A DNA stretch of 64,000 nt from Lytechinus pictus (lineage: Eukaryota). Of this stretch, positions 40,782 to 54,925 are shown in pieces. The translations under genes and the position numbers were made by a program. The notes beneath the pieces were generated by a model. That model saw nothing but the letters and a program-made list of their open reading frames with translations, was not told the origin of the DNA and searched no databases. The DNA is taken from positions 5,086,001 through 5,150,000 of the forward strand of contig NC_087245.1 in NCBI RefSeq assembly GCF_037042905.1, in the 5' to 3' direction. Each line of letters begins with the position of its first letter. Position 1 is the stretch's first letter.

Positions 40782-42293
40782 GGTAAGAATAACTGAATTA
40801 TTGTTTTTTCACTTTCTTACCGAAGCCACTACGTGAAACTTTAATATATACATGCATATATATATATTTTTTTTTTTGGGGGGGGGAGGGGGGAACGATG
40901 TGGATCTAAATGGTTCTACATCAAAGTCACTGGTGAAGGTAAGAATAACTGAATTATTATTTTTTCATTTTCTCTGATTATGAGGGGAACATTCTCAATT
41001 TGTTTAATATCTATGAACTTTTTGTGAACGGTGGAAATCTATATTTCAAATCACTGGTAAAAGAAAGTGTAATTTATTGTAGAACCTTGACAGAGACATC
41101 CGAGGTACGGGGGCATTACCAAGCAAGGTAGGCTTATACGCTCCGTACCTCACCATCTATTCTTCTTCTTTCTCTCTCTCATTCGTTTTTCACTACCTTC
41201 TTACATTATTTAATTAGAATGCAAAGGTAGGCATATTGACGCAGTATATGAGAACTATCTCATTGGCTATATGGATAGTAATCGGTATTAAGATGGTGAG
41301 ACGTGCTCAGATTGAAAATCGCTTCCATGAATATTAATCTGCAATGACAAATAAATTCATTACTGAAACTGTTATCGTACTAAAGTGAACTTGCTCGGAC
41401 AAGACAATTTCAAGCGAAATTACAAGAAAATAAAAATAAACTCCAGACGTACAATTCAAGGAAAGACGAAATACATTTAAGGAACATCAGCTCAGAAAAG
41501 AAAGTGCAAGGTGACCTTCAAAATTTTACTTCAACGGAAAACTTTCACAAATTCATAGTAAATTGTCTAGCGATTAAAAATCCCGTCGTATAGACAGGCA
41601 TATGCAATAGTTTGTCAGCTCTTTCCTTTAAAAATATTACCCAAAATAATTATATATCATAATTTATCAAGACGAGGATAATGTTTGTAATGTATGGAAA
41701 TATACAGAGTATTTCAGACGACTATTTTCATAAAAATACTGCACATTTTATCGCGCCATTATTCACTTGCCTGAAGAAGAAAGACAGCCGTGAAATCGGC
41801 TATAAAATTTTGATTCGAAATACGAATGAACATTTTCTCACGCACAAAACGCAAGCCCACGTATCGCCTGTCAGTCGAATCTATCACCACCTCATCATTT
41901 TGTTATTTGTCTTTTGTAAAACTGAAAACATGTTTGAACGTCACGTTCCTTTTTGTTTCAGCTATGTTTTCTAACATTTAATTGGATGTGTTCATCATAA
42001 GACAATTCATAAATGGTACTTGAAATGATGTGACTTCGAATCAGCATCGGATTCTAACCTGGCACCAGACCTTAGAAACAGTATAGGCATGAATCATGTT
42101 ACTTTGATCTGTCTAAAGGTAGTGATCACTGAATTTTACAAATAAGTTTATTGAATTTACCGAAATCGCATTCTCTCGTGGTTTGTATGATCTACCTAAG
42201 ATGTGAACTCACTGTTTGTAACGTGCATACTGTTTTTAGCTCCACGATTCTCATTATCTTGTATTTTCAAAATTCAGCTCGTAGTCCATATTG

Positions 42294-43783
42294 CAGTGGC
42301 GTAACTACGGGGGGGGGGGCATGGGGGGCACGTGCCCCCCCCAATCGGCTGGCCAAAAAAAAAAAAAAAAAAAAAAAACGGGGAGAAAGAGAAAAAGAGG
42401 GAGAAAGTGAGAGAAACGTAGTGGGAAGGAAGAACTTATTGTTAATTATGTTATATTATATTATAATAATGTTATGTTATATTACATTAAAATAAAAAAA
42501 ATCATAACTTTATGAAACATAATTTGCTCAGGGCCTATGTCTTCATTGTTCCTGATGCTCGCATTGTCTGTTTAACGAGATATATAATCCTGTTGTACTA
42601 AAACCTCCCGTTTTCAAGTCAATATACACCAAATATATTTCCTCGCACTTCGAATTATTATTGTTTTATGTAGTAAAATATCATTTTAAGGTCTTAATAT
42701 AAAACATTTCTCGTCCGTGCTTACGTTCGCATTAGTGGATTAGTGAGATATGTCTGCTCTTCATGAATTCCTAAAATCAGTCCTTAAAATGTCCCTTTTT
42801 CTGATCTGCATATAAAAAATTACAGCGTGCGCTCGCATCATTTGGTTAGTGAAATACGCATGGTCTACTTGAATTCCTACAAACAAGCCTTAGAATGCCC
42901 CTCTTCAGGTTTGAATTTCCTAATTTTTCTCCTCGCGCTTCGCGCTCGCAATATTTGACTATTGAGATGCGTATGATAATCATGACTACAATGACTACAA
43001 AAAGTATGTCTTTAGGTGTAATTCTAACAAAATCAGCATGCGCTTGGCACTCGCATTAGATGACTATGGTGAGATATGTGTACTCTTAATGGATTTTTTT
43101 AAAAAATAGTCCTTAAAATATCCATGTTTGGGGTAAATATATACAAAAATTTCAGCTCGCGCTTCGCGCTCGCTTCATTTGTTTAATGACAATTCGTATG
43201 GTCTTCGTGAATTCCTACAAACAAGCCTTAAAATGTCCCTATTCAGGTCTGAATTTCCTAAATTTTCAGCTCGCGCTTCACGCTCGCAATATTTGATTAG
43301 TGAGATGCGCATGTTAATCATGATTACAATGACTCCACGTGCTTTATGTTTTTGGATGCATATAATTCTAACAAAATCAGCAAGCGCTTGGCACTCGCAT
43401 TAGATTACTATGGTGAGATATGTATACTCTTAATAGATTCCTAAAATATAGTCCTTAAATTGTCCGTTTGGGGTCAATATACACAAAAATTTCAGCTCGC
43501 GCTTCGCGTTCACATTGTTTGTTTAGCGAGACAGGTACACACCATGATTACAAAAATTTGCTTATAATGTACCTCTTTTAGGTCTGAATATCAAAAGTTT
43601 TCAGCTCGCGCTTCGCGCTCGCATTATGTGATCAGTGACATACATATCATTTTAATGACACTGTCCTTAAAATGTCTCTATTAGGTCAGCATACCTAGCA
43701 ACTGAGTGCGCGAAGCGCACTCACTAGGTGACTCAAAATTCTTGCTTGTGCCCCCCAATGCCGTGACCCACGGTACGCCACTG
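42294..43783. mobile_element. 1.5-kb non-autonomous DNA transposon (hAT-like ends) with internal tandem subrepeats
   Basis: TIR CAGTGGCGTA...TACGCCACTG. Recurrent ttcagctcgcgcttcgcgctcgca motif. No TSD visible. Confidence 0.8.
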
Positions 43784-44769
43784 TATCGGTGGGTAGTACA
43801 CACAGGGTGTACAGTGTTTAAAGTATGTTTACGTTCTGAATGTAGTTTCTGCATGTGTGTGTGTGTGTGTGTGTGTGTGTAGGACTGAGAGTCTGTGTTT
43901 TTTGCGAGGATGTATTTTCATTTTTTTAAAGATGAATTAATAGAATATTTTAAAAAGTACGCGGGGATTGTTGCTGTACGGTTTTTCTTTACACTGAGAT
44001 AACCATGGTTCTCACTATAGAGATAATTTAGTTTTCTCTGGGTACCTTACCTATTATTTGATTGATACATGAGCGTCTTTGATGAATCTTTTTTATATTG
44101 ATTTTTAGAAAAAGCCTTTCGATGCGTTGTTGAATAGGGTTCATATGTGAATGAGTAAATATTATCTTTATACGGATTACATTGGTATATTTGAGAACTA
44201 TGATTAGTAAAGGTGTATCGTCCCATGCCTAAGGTCATGAGCGTAATAACACCTTTTCTCCATTTGAGCACCTTTTTGTCAGCGAATAGCATGGGGATAA
44301 ATAAGGGTGGAGTATCATCTATCTCATTCCCTTTCAAGTCACGTTTGATGCCGCACAGATAAAATGCGTTAGACGTACCTTGGATCTTTCTTGCAGATTC
44401 AGTTATCATGATTAGTTTTCACTGTCTCTGGTCGGATAGTATGAGCAGCAACATTGTTCGCTTTTTGAAAAAGCAGGGGAAAGCAAAAACAAATGTTGCA
44501 ATATTTCTTTAAGTACGATTTGAAATTACTCGACTGGCCGCATGTGGCCGCAACTATGACACATAAGATCATAAAATACATATGCCAACACACTTTTTTT
44601 TTTGTATTGTGAAAGTTTGGAAAATTTGTAAAATGTTGATATAAAAGTTATTCTGATTTTTTCACATTTTGAAACTGTCATCATACAATATTTTGCCCAA
44701 TTTCAGGACGCAATTAGGCTTTGATATATACAATTTCAGGTGTTTAATATTCTATAAAAAAAAAAACAC

Positions 44770-44911
44770 TTGCACACGTAGTTACCAATAATGCATAAAG
44801 CATTTCCATTTATTTGAAAGTAGGATAAAAGAGCATTGGAAATTAAATGCCTTGCTCACGGGCATAGGTGCCGCGGTCGGGAATCGAACCCCGGACTTTC
44901 CACGTATAGCC
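44770..44911 (-). mobile_element. tRNA-derived SINE fragment
   Basis: Minus strand B-box ggttcgattccc followed by the core-like cccgtgagcaaggcatttaa. Confidence 0.65.
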
Positions 44912-45441
44912 ATTCATGTTTCGTAATCGATTATATCGAATATATTCTCAATTATATTTATAATACAATGAATATATGACATATGACATATAAATACAAA
45001 GATTATGGGGAGCCATTAGAGGCCATTGGGCTTTCGTAGGCTGGGCTTCAATACCATAGTGAATAATACAAAATAAAGAGAGACAAATCATTATCAATAA
45101 GTTTCCCATTAAACCAGGGGCATTACACTTTGGTATCACAGGCTACAGTGCATTTTGCACAATGTACAGTGTATTCTTTTATACTCCTTTAGCAATGTAT
45201 GATGGGGTGACCATAATTTGCGCACATTTAAAAATTACCATGAAGTTGATTTTCAATCAAACATTTCTCACAGTTCACACAAAATTAATCAAAATTATAA
45301 ATACCAGACGGAAGGCAAGATCCCAAAGTCAAATTTGCTTGACGGAATTATAAAGTAGGTCAAGGGTTTCGCTGGTATATCGCGATCTCAAAATTCCACG
45401 GCGATCGACTAGTGCACGCTCGGCTGAAAAAGTGTCATAAA

Positions 45442-45835
45442 TAGTGTGACCTTAATTTGCGCACGATCGCTTAGCAAAGTTTTAGAAACGAAATCAAGCA
45501 GGTAAAGGTAAGATAATTGTATCAGATGGAGGTTAAAATGCCATAAATTCGGTTGGTATCACATTTTCCTTACCACTTTGGAGACCTCTGCTTGCAAACT
45601 GGCGATTTATTGATGCTTGTCGAGAAGTTCGGATTTTCTCGGAGCGGACGCAAAATTTGCCAATGTTTTGCCAATATTTTCACAAATAGAGACCTTACCT
45701 TCAAGAAAATTACCATACGAAGTAATTTTGGGTCGCTTTTTCTGTTGATGATATCAGTTTTTCAAGATATTAATTACAATTAGTGATATTCGACTGTGCG
45801 CAAAATTAGGTAACGCGCGAATTAAGGTCACACTA
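45442..45835. mobile_element. MITE with TAGTGTGACC termini
   Basis: TAGTGTGACCTTAATTTGCGC...GCGCGAATTAAGGTCACACTA. Confidence 0.75.
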
Positions 45836-48667
45836 CCATATAAGCTGTATGAATTTATTTGCAGTTCGTTATCACTCCATCCTTGAAAATTTCATAGTTA
45901 CACTCTGAAGAATCAGTGTATAGTCAAGAAACATGCCCTGTTAATCCAAGTGGTAGCTCATTGGTTAATCATTTTCAGGAGAGTATTGAAACAGAGGTTT
46001 TAACTGCTTTATTCTTTAACCGTGTATAGCCCTTAAAAATTATTGTAAATGAATTCGACAGACTTTTTTGTTTTGTTTATGTAATGTATTATGTATTGAT
46101 GGAACCAGGGAAAAAATTGAAACAGATCAATTTATCAACAAAGTGATGATGCATTAAAAACAAACCAGGTATGAATGAACAGTGACAAGTTTATACAGCT
46201 ACTTCTACAGTGCTGCTACCACTTCTACTTCTACTAATACTACTACTACTACTACTGCTGCTGCTACATGTAAAGTATAAATGTAATTATCAATATGTCC
46301 ATTGTGCAATGATCACGAATATTGAACCTCGTGCTTAAAGGTGTTCCACTGAATTACTGTAATGATACACGAAGAGATTGATTTTCTGCGTTTGAGTTGC
46401 CGTCAAATTATTGCGCACGACGATGATTTGCTCCTGGTATTGTAATCATGTGCCCCTCCATTCTTGAGATGCACCTAGGCACCAGATTGTCTGTTTTTCT
46501 TCATCTGAAAGGGGTCGGGAAATATATTGCAATGACTTCATCATGAGTTTAAACTAGTTTACATTGCGGTGCCAATCATGTGGGGATTAAATGTCTCCGA
46601 ATCACTGGATAGGAATACCACATAATGACATTTCCATCACGAGGTATTTCACAGCTGGTATTGCCGTCAACATTATAGACTCGAATGTTTGGAGAAATGT
46701 AAACATGATGTAAGACGAAAAGTTGAGAGAAGCGGTACTTTTAAAGAAAGGGGACATACTGAAAAATGACATTGTTTTTATAATTGTATAAAGATAAAGG
46801 GTTGTGAACTTTATGAGTGACGATATACTCACGAGGGCACTACGAATGCCTTTTTGATCAGTTGACTCAATATTTCTAGTAAGACGTGAAAAAGAAAATC
46901 AATTTGTTCTTGCCGGTTTTGCAAGAAAGAAGGTAAATAAGATTCTGTGAAAAGTTTCTGTCATCTGTGAATGTTTCCTATTTTTACCTAGTCATGACGA
47001 GTTCTTTTTGTTGACACATGCAGTCATCGGGCTTACCCCCAATCATTGTTAAATGTTTTCCAACTCAAATGACGGCCAATATCACAGCCATTACTCTAAT
47101 GGCAGAAAAAACAAGCGAAATTCGAAAATATCCTAGTAATAAAAGGCTATAGTATCATCAAATTTCACTATTTCATACCCAAACCTCTCAATGATCTTCA
47201 GTCTTTATTGAAAGAAAAGTGATCCATTGGTTGCCATATGTGTTTTATTTGACAAAAAAAATTACAATCAATACGATTAATTACAAATTGAAATCCTGCC
47301 TTGAATATCACACACAGATGTAACTCAAGTACACTGATATACACTCCGTGATCATTCGTTAGTTTGAATCGTTTTAAGCAGATTGCGTAAGAATTTTGAT
47401 AAGAGAAAATGTATGTTGTGATGAGGTCATGTACATTAAATTATCAAACGCTCTGTCCATATCGATAAGCAGTACTGGCAAATTTAGCTTGAGTAAAAAG
47501 CTACGTCTCAGCTCAAACTCTTCTTCGTAGGTAATACATCCAGCTGTTGTTTACGAATCAGTTGAGTATATTGTTTTATGATTACAGGTTAATTCCACAA
47601 CGTATGTATTGTAAAAAACACGCAACCTTTCGATCTCAGTAGGAGAGAACTACATCAAACATCATTTGATATTCACCTATATATATATATATAGACATTC
47701 ATCACCATAACCATCTAATAACAAAAAGGCAAATGTTACTGATAGTTTCTTGTTGGAAATTTTCAAAATACCATTATCTTGAAGGCAATATTTGGTCATT
47801 GTAAACAATGGGCCAATGTGTTATATTTTTCTGAAGAATTTTCATTGTATAAGTCATTATTATCTTTTAGTTAAAAAGTGTTCTTAATGAAAATGAAAAT
47901 AACTGAAATTGTAGACCAAACGCGCCACACAGTATTCTGATCAAGAAAGTGATCTTTTCGATTTATCATCCCAAATGGAAACTTATTCCATCGTTGCATT
48001 GAGGAACATTTTTATAAAACATGACGAGTCAAACCAACCCATCATTTGAATATATTCTATTTTATGTTTATATTTAATCACGACACTTAAATCAGTTAAT
48101 GTAATTTGTAAATTTAATGGTATGCTCATTTCGGTAGATTCGACGTGTACATGGTGTGTGTGTATTGTGATTTATCATTTCGTGCGTACAGATGTTCGAT
48201 CAGGCGATGTTTGTAATGGTTTCCTAGAATGCAAATGCGATTCGGTGGAACAATATTGTTTCCGTCATCTTCCGTCAAGCATTAAAGTAGAAACACATTT
48301 GAATCTTAAGAACCCGAGTTTAATACATCACACTAAAACTTACGAACCCAACAAAACAATTACCAAACTCATTTTCACTGATACAGTGGCAGCTGCAACG
48401 GAAAGATAATCCTTGCTGATATTGAGACCTCGATGAGGCTATAGCATACAGGTCCACATAATTATCTAGGGTCTTGTGCATTCATTCTGGGAAATGAAGG
48501 TATAATAATATTTTCATCTAAATCAATATTTTCAAGGAGAATTGATTACTAATCATACTGCTATTGTAATCATGAGGAAAATGTTGACGACGATTATTAT
48601 TATCGTTTTTTTTCTGTGCGATGCTTCTTGATGTTTGCTTGTTTGTTGTTGTTGTTGTTTTTTTGCT

Positions 48668-48705
48668 GGTGCCCCTTCAGTGCCGTGACCCAAGGTACGT
48701 TACTG
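48668..48705. mobile_element. Orphan right end of the 42.3-kb family
   Basis: gtgccccttcagtgccgtgacccaaggtacgttactg resembles 43748-43783. Confidence 0.6.
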
Positions 48706-48944
48706 TTAACGATGATTATTTAGTTTGATGTTTATGTATTTTTGTGTTTGTTCCATTGTTACTGTTTTGATGTTTATGTGTTTATGTGTATGGTGTTGGG
48801 TTTCCTGTCCTTCAGGTTTACATATTTTTACTTAATTCAATTCATGCAGTACGTGGTAGTACACAATATATGAGTTTCATATTACAAATCATTTTGATGT
48901 AAAATATACTTAATCGTTATTAACGGTATTTACCTATGTATATA

Positions 48945-49763
48945 CAGTGCGTCCCAGAAAAAACGAAACCGAGATTAAGCGATGATTTATCATAACTTAA
49001 TCACAAATACAATAGACAAATGACCTACCAATGTAAAGCTTAGAATATCTTCTTCCATCTGATATTACTTAGATTATTCCCCATTCACGCATGAGTGAGC
49101 AAAAACAATTTGAAGACAGGATACCAAAAACTCATTTGGCGGGGGATATCTGAATTTCAAAAAGAAAATCACATGCCTAAAAAGTTCAATATCTGCTCTT
49201 TTATTTGATACCTTAATCACAAAAATGGTCAAGAAATAAAAAAGTTATGTTCCCTCGAAACAATGTTTGTATTTCCATAATTTCATTAAATAAACGTGTT
49301 TACACCGGTTTCCCACAGAAGCTATCGCATGGTTAACAAAAGACTCAATGCATGGCTGATCGTCAACATAACGGAGTGTCAAGTGAGTTTGAACGCTAGC
49401 CTGTAGAACATCTTAATTTTATGAAATTATTGAAATTCAAGCCATAATTCAAATAACCAGAACTTTGTTATTTCTTGACCATTTTCTGTAATTGAGGTAT
49501 CAAATTAAAGAGCAGATATTGAGCTTTTTAAAAATGTGGTTTTCTTTTTGAAACCTAGATACAGCCCGCCAAATGAATTTTAGATATCCCCTCTTCAAAT
49601 TGTTTTTGCTCACTCATGTGTGAATGAGAACTAATCTAAATAATTTCAGATGAAAGAGGAGATTCTAAGCTTTACAATAGTAGGTCATTTGTCTATTGTA
49701 TTTGTGATTAAGTTATGATAAATCATCGATAAATCTCGGTTTCGTTTTTTGTGGGACGCACTG
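48945..49763. mobile_element. Tc1/mariner-type MITE with long TIRs
   Basis: TA|CAGTGCGTCCCA...TGGGACGCACTG|TA. Inverted arms of about 290 bp. Confidence 0.9.
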
Positions 49764-50312
49764 TATTGTTGCAGATACTTCTTTTTGATCAAGTCAAATG
49801 AATGATGAAACAACTATGTATATTTAATTTCTATAATGTTATTCGAAAAGGACAAAAATATGATATTGTATTGATGGGTTGAATGAATTCAATAAATAAC
49901 AACTTAAAATAAAGTATCAGCAGAAGTGCTTCCTCCAAAATAGAATTAATATTTGTTTTTGTGAGTGTCATTTGCCGATAGAACAAACAAGACGTACGTA
50001 ACTTAATTACGAATTCAAGTCCTCAGTGGTTTGCAACATCCATTCTAGCCAGTTTTATTTTGCGTTTCAAGTGGAATGAACTCAAAGGGGATCAATAACA
50101 TACCCTGGACCTGCCCCCCCTTTTTTTTTTGGGGGGGGGGATCGACTTGGGTGTTTTATCAACCATGACTCATTAGGTATTCTTTGTCCAGCATATACCT
50201 TTAGAGCTATCACGGTGAACCTCTAGCCTTTGAGATCATCAGTCTGTGTTTGAGATACCTTTTAATACTGACAAGAAAGGCTGAACAGTTAACATAGTCA
50301 TGTGGATTTGTA

Positions 50313-50600
50313 GACGTGTCGTGGTTTAGTTGCCTGGTACATATGTCTCAAGACTATGGATCACACTGATGTTCAGGTTCATTTCCCGCTTCTGCACACT
50401 AACGTCCTTTTGCAACGTGTTTTTCCATGTGTCACGCTCGACTCAGCTGGGGTATCTGGGCCCTCGGTAGAAATTTGATTCTTCGAAATGCTAAAAAATG
50501 CAATGCTATAAAAGCTTGGGTAATGAATATTCACCGCTTAGAAACATTTAAATTAAAGTTTTTATGAATGTTACCTGTTATTATGATTATCGATTATTAG
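50313..50600 (+). mobile_element. Decayed tRNA-derived SINE
   Basis: gtggtttagttg (A-box), ggttcatttccc (B-box), core tccttttgcaa and a (tta)n tail. Confidence 0.55.
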
Positions 50601-51489
50601 TAATATGAATTATACACGAGCCAGTTAATTATAATGTCCAATTATCTCGAATATAAATATGCTGTTCCAGCAAAATGCCACAACGCGCTAATGTCTAATT
50701 AAGAAATAATGATTTTTGAATAATTAAAAATAGCAATATTAGCAGCATGACCCAAGATTGTGCTTTTTTTGGGTGGGGGTTCAAATTCGGATGGAGATGT
50801 TTATTTTATATTTTAATCTCTTCGTAATGTTATTGAAACTTCACATCTACTGACATTTTGTAGTCTTCGATTCTATTCTTGGACGAGAATGCCGTGCGGA
50901 ATTCATCGTGATCGTGAAGAAATAAAAAGATTTACGCTTCCTTTCCTCTTTAATGAATCTTCAGCAACATTAAGCAACATGTTGATGATATCCTATGTGA
51001 AGCTTTTTGTTTGTTCATGTATAGGTTAGGAGTACAGCATTGTTAGACTAGCTAGTTGTGAAGCATTGCACCGACACAAATTCCAATTTGACAATTTTTC
51101 TGGATGTTTGGCAACCAATCTATGCCTGTGTGGAGAGTGGAAATGATCTGTCCATCTATATGAGGAGGGGAGGAAGTTTACTGAAGCATATTTTAGGGCA
51201 TTATGATAATAAACTTTCCTGTGTAGATGGCATACGTCACTGCGATACATAATCCATCAAAATGGATTTCTCTCCACATAAAAGCGAGAATTCGTACCTG
51301 TATATTGTAAGAAGGCCACGTTGATTTTATTCTAATGTTACAATGGCTTGAATAATTATTTTGTACATGAAAATCTTTTGAAATTATAGAATTTCATTTT
51401 TTCTTTTTAATCAGTATTCTAGCAAATTTTTGCAGAATTATCGAAGACAAATATTCCCTTATCATTTTTTGCGTATCACATGTACAGTC

Positions 51490-51705
51490 ACGGATTTTTT
51501 TTTTCAACAAGAAAAAGAATAAAGAGAGATGTATGAAACAAGTAAGAGGTTAAAAAATCAAGTAAGGAAATTGTAGCATTTTTAAGTTTCGCCCTTTTTC
51601 GCAAACAAAATTCATGGTTATGTACATCCTGGTCAATATGCAAATACACGATTGATGACGTCACCCACTCACGATTTATTTTGTATTACCTTATGTGGAA
51701 TGTGA

Positions 51706-51751
<46 letters not shown>

Positions 51752-52050
51752 CGTCATTGTAATTTGATCAAGGTTTGGTTCTTCCTTGAATTGCAATATT
51801 TGTAACATGTGATCCAATAGAAGAGCTTCCTTATTTTCAAATCTGCAAAATCGAAATATTCTATAATTTATCATAGGTACAAACTGAATAGTGTTGAACA
51901 TCATCGGCTCTCTTATTCGCATATTATTCCTTTCTTGCATGTTTATGAAACTAAACGATTTTTTTTTCATCGTCATTTCGATGAGATGTTAAGCATTATG
52001 CTTGATATTTAATGTATTCAAATCAAATATTAATATTTGAGTCTGGTTGA
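51490..52050 (+). mobile_element. Old Kolobok/T2-family copy containing a (TA)n tract
   Basis: aagtttcgc, gtacatcctggtcaatatgcaaat and gatgacgtcacccactcac match copy 1. Confidence 0.55.
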
Positions 52051-52249
52051 CCGTTTGGGTATAGGGGGTTATAGGAAACCTTGTATCAACCATTTGCTTT
52101 GATAAAAATATAATAAATTCAAATTAGATATACGAATTCAATCAAAATAGAAATCAATAACTTAGTTTGAATTCTAATTATGATAGTAGCTCGTGTCATT
52201 TCTGCCACACTGAATGTAAAATGATGAAATTCACAAATATGCACAACGC

Positions 52250-53450
52250 TTAATTAATCCAATGTTACTCAGGCCATGGCCTTGGATACCTTATTTACCA
52301 GCCTCAATGCTCATCTCACTGGGCTTTGGTAATTTCTTGTTCTCCCCTTTTTTAAAATTAAAATCCACATGCCGGAATAAAGGAATGTGCACTGTTGAAA
52401 AAATGATCTTGCTTTGGAAATATGGGTATCTAAGTGCTGTATTTTTATGAAAGCTACTCAGATCGTCACTCCATTATCCCTATGTGACTATGATCTTGAT
52501 CCCGAAAACTAATCGGATCATGCTCAATTCTACATGAGCAAAGTTGATCTTCGTCACTTCTAGTATACGATGAGCCTTGTTTGAGGGTAATCTGTCAAAC
52601 ATTTTTGAGTTATCGCTGAAACAAAAACGAGATGCACGGAGTCGAATGGACGATCCGAACATGCCTCTGGTTACCACAAGGGAGTGGAAACATAAGATTG
52701 TCATATTCATTTATGCATGGTTACCATTTACATGTTATTATCAGATGCAGAAATAAAGAAAGGGCAAAGAAGCACAAAACAACTTACTTAATATGTGTGG
52801 AGTGTGCGTTTGTGCATGCTTAGATAATGTGAGGAGAGTGAGTGGGTAGAGATTGAGAGAGAAGAAAGACGGCTGCTGGGTGCGTGATGGTCGTTATTAC
52901 ATGTATGCGAGAATAAAAAAAAGGAAGTACGGGAGCTACATTATAGTCTGGAAAATGCGAAACAAAACCATGCACCCAATCAATGATCTGAAGCTATATT
53001 CGAATGATTCTTTCATAACTTTGCACCTGTATGTTGCCATTACACTATAGCAAGTGGGCATTCAGAATGCATTTCACAGGTGTATTCTGTGGTTGGTAAT
53101 GACGAAAGGATGCAAGATAGCTTCTTTCAATAATTCATAGGATATCTTTGGTTGTTCTAACAAAAATATAATGTAACATTTCTGGTTGCTGCGATTGAAC
53201 ATACCATCGGATTGGTCAGATGATGCTTTGAAATATCGTGCAATTTGGTAGTCTACCAATGAGATGACGCTTTGTGTTTTTATTTCTGAATGTCACCAAG
53301 AACTTAAATTGACTTCTCGGAGTTTCTAACCAAGGGACTTTATATGACTCGTACCGATGAGCAACGAACCCACGTCTGTTTATGTTACCATGTGACTCAA
53401 AATACCAATCCATATTTTTGTAAAGTGCGATGAGGTTCACTCTCTAAACT
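52250..53450 (-). mobile_element. Heavily decayed LINE ORF2 fragment
   Basis: Coding-like minus strand with many stops and LINE-like composition. Motifs are only weakly recognisable. Confidence 0.3.
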
Positions 53451-53557
53451 AGCTTCTTTAAAGATATTAACAACTTCATGAAATCATCTCCGAACATTGA
53501 TGAAGATCCCCAAGTGCTACATTTTTTGTCAATGCTATGAAATTTGTATTTTTATAG

Positions 53558-53874
53558 GCAGTGAATGTTCGAATGATGATGATGATGGTATTCATATCAA
53601 GAGAAGGACAAACAGTATATATATATATATAAAGAAAATAAGATCTAATAATGCCTTGTTGTTCCAGGCGTTGGCAACTTGGCTTTCAGTAACTAACTTT
53701 GTTTAAAAGAATCGGGATGGTGACGTGTATCTAGACTACAAGAAGAAAGGAGATGTAATTGAAATAATGAGTTCAGTAAGAAATACCTGGAAACATCCAT
53801 TTCTATTAGAATCCATTTTAATAGGGTGTATGCTTGAGAAAGACAGCACTTGCAACTATTTAGATGAAGTTTAA
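53558..53874 (+). pseudogene. Candidate phase-1 exon or pseudo-exon of about 105 codons with one internal stop
   Basis: Strong acceptor aatttgtatttttatag. Frame is open to TAA at 53704-53706, then open for 55 more codons. Confidence 0.25.
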
Positions 53875-54639
53875 AACAAACCATTTTTAGTCACTTTTCA
53901 AAGACGAGGTCAGCTTTAAAGCATAGGAGGTCTGTAGGGTATTTGTGAAATACTAGGCTAATCAAGAAGGTCACACTCTCCATAAAGATTGTCTTATCCA
54001 AGTGGAAAATGATGTGTCATGGGTGAACTTGATGAAATTACTTTTCTCACCTCTCGATAATTGAACATCAATTGAGTAGATTGAAGTGGTCCCAAATCTG
54101 ACTGCTTCCACTTGAAAAAAAAAGAATAAAAGAGGAAAAACATTGGACAAGGGGACGAGAAGATCTTGACGAAGGTGAAATCGGACTAGAACATGAAAAC
54201 CCTAACCTGACTGCTTCTACTTAACCTACCTTAATGCCACAAACACAAAAGTGAAGAGATTTTGAACAGCAAAAACATCAATTTTGTCACTCGAAGCCTA
54301 TTATTCGTCTTAGAAAACCAAATCTTGAGAATTAGACTTAACTTTTGTGGATTGATTGATGATATAACGACGTTAATTACGGAGTATCTGACAGGCAAGC
54401 CGTGAAAACAAGCCCTCCCTCATTCGATGCAAATTGTAGGATACTGTTTAGGGCCACTCAGAAAAAAAACAACACTCAATTAAAGGGAAATTTAAAAAAT
54501 GAATTTTGGAGCTAGCTTGTGATTTAAATACCCACCGACCCATTTTTTCAGTATTTTCGAAATGAACAAGGTTAATTGATGAATTTCTCACGTCATGTGT
54601 CTGGTACATCTTTATTGTCGGTGTGCGTTTTGCAAATCT

Positions 54640-54925
54640 GGAGCTTTGTGGCCCGGTTGTTTAGTCTCCGGATTTTGAGACAGAGTCATGGGTTCAAATT
54701 CCAGCCATAGCGTAGTTTCCTTCAGCAAATAATTTATCCATATTGTGCTGCACTAGACCTAGGTGAGGCAAACGGGAATCCTTGAAATGTGTGTGCGCTG
54801 TAAGTTATTACAGTCAATAAGCTAAAGGCGGGGTAATAATATCCAAGTCATATGAAAGCGCATGCATAGAGACGTTTATAATCATAAATGTGATATGTGC
54901 AATACAGGAACTGTTTATTATTATT
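54640..54925 (+). mobile_element. tRNA-derived SINE, near full length
   Basis: A-box gtggcccggttg, B-box ggttcaaattcc at 54691, core tccttcagcaa...gctgcactagacctaggtg, and an L2-like tail with (tta)n. Confidence 0.75.

Noticed and set aside
51025..51252. ORF after a good acceptor as another cassette
   Set aside because: Phase 1 stops immediately, and the ORF frame has a TAG between the acceptor and the ORF.
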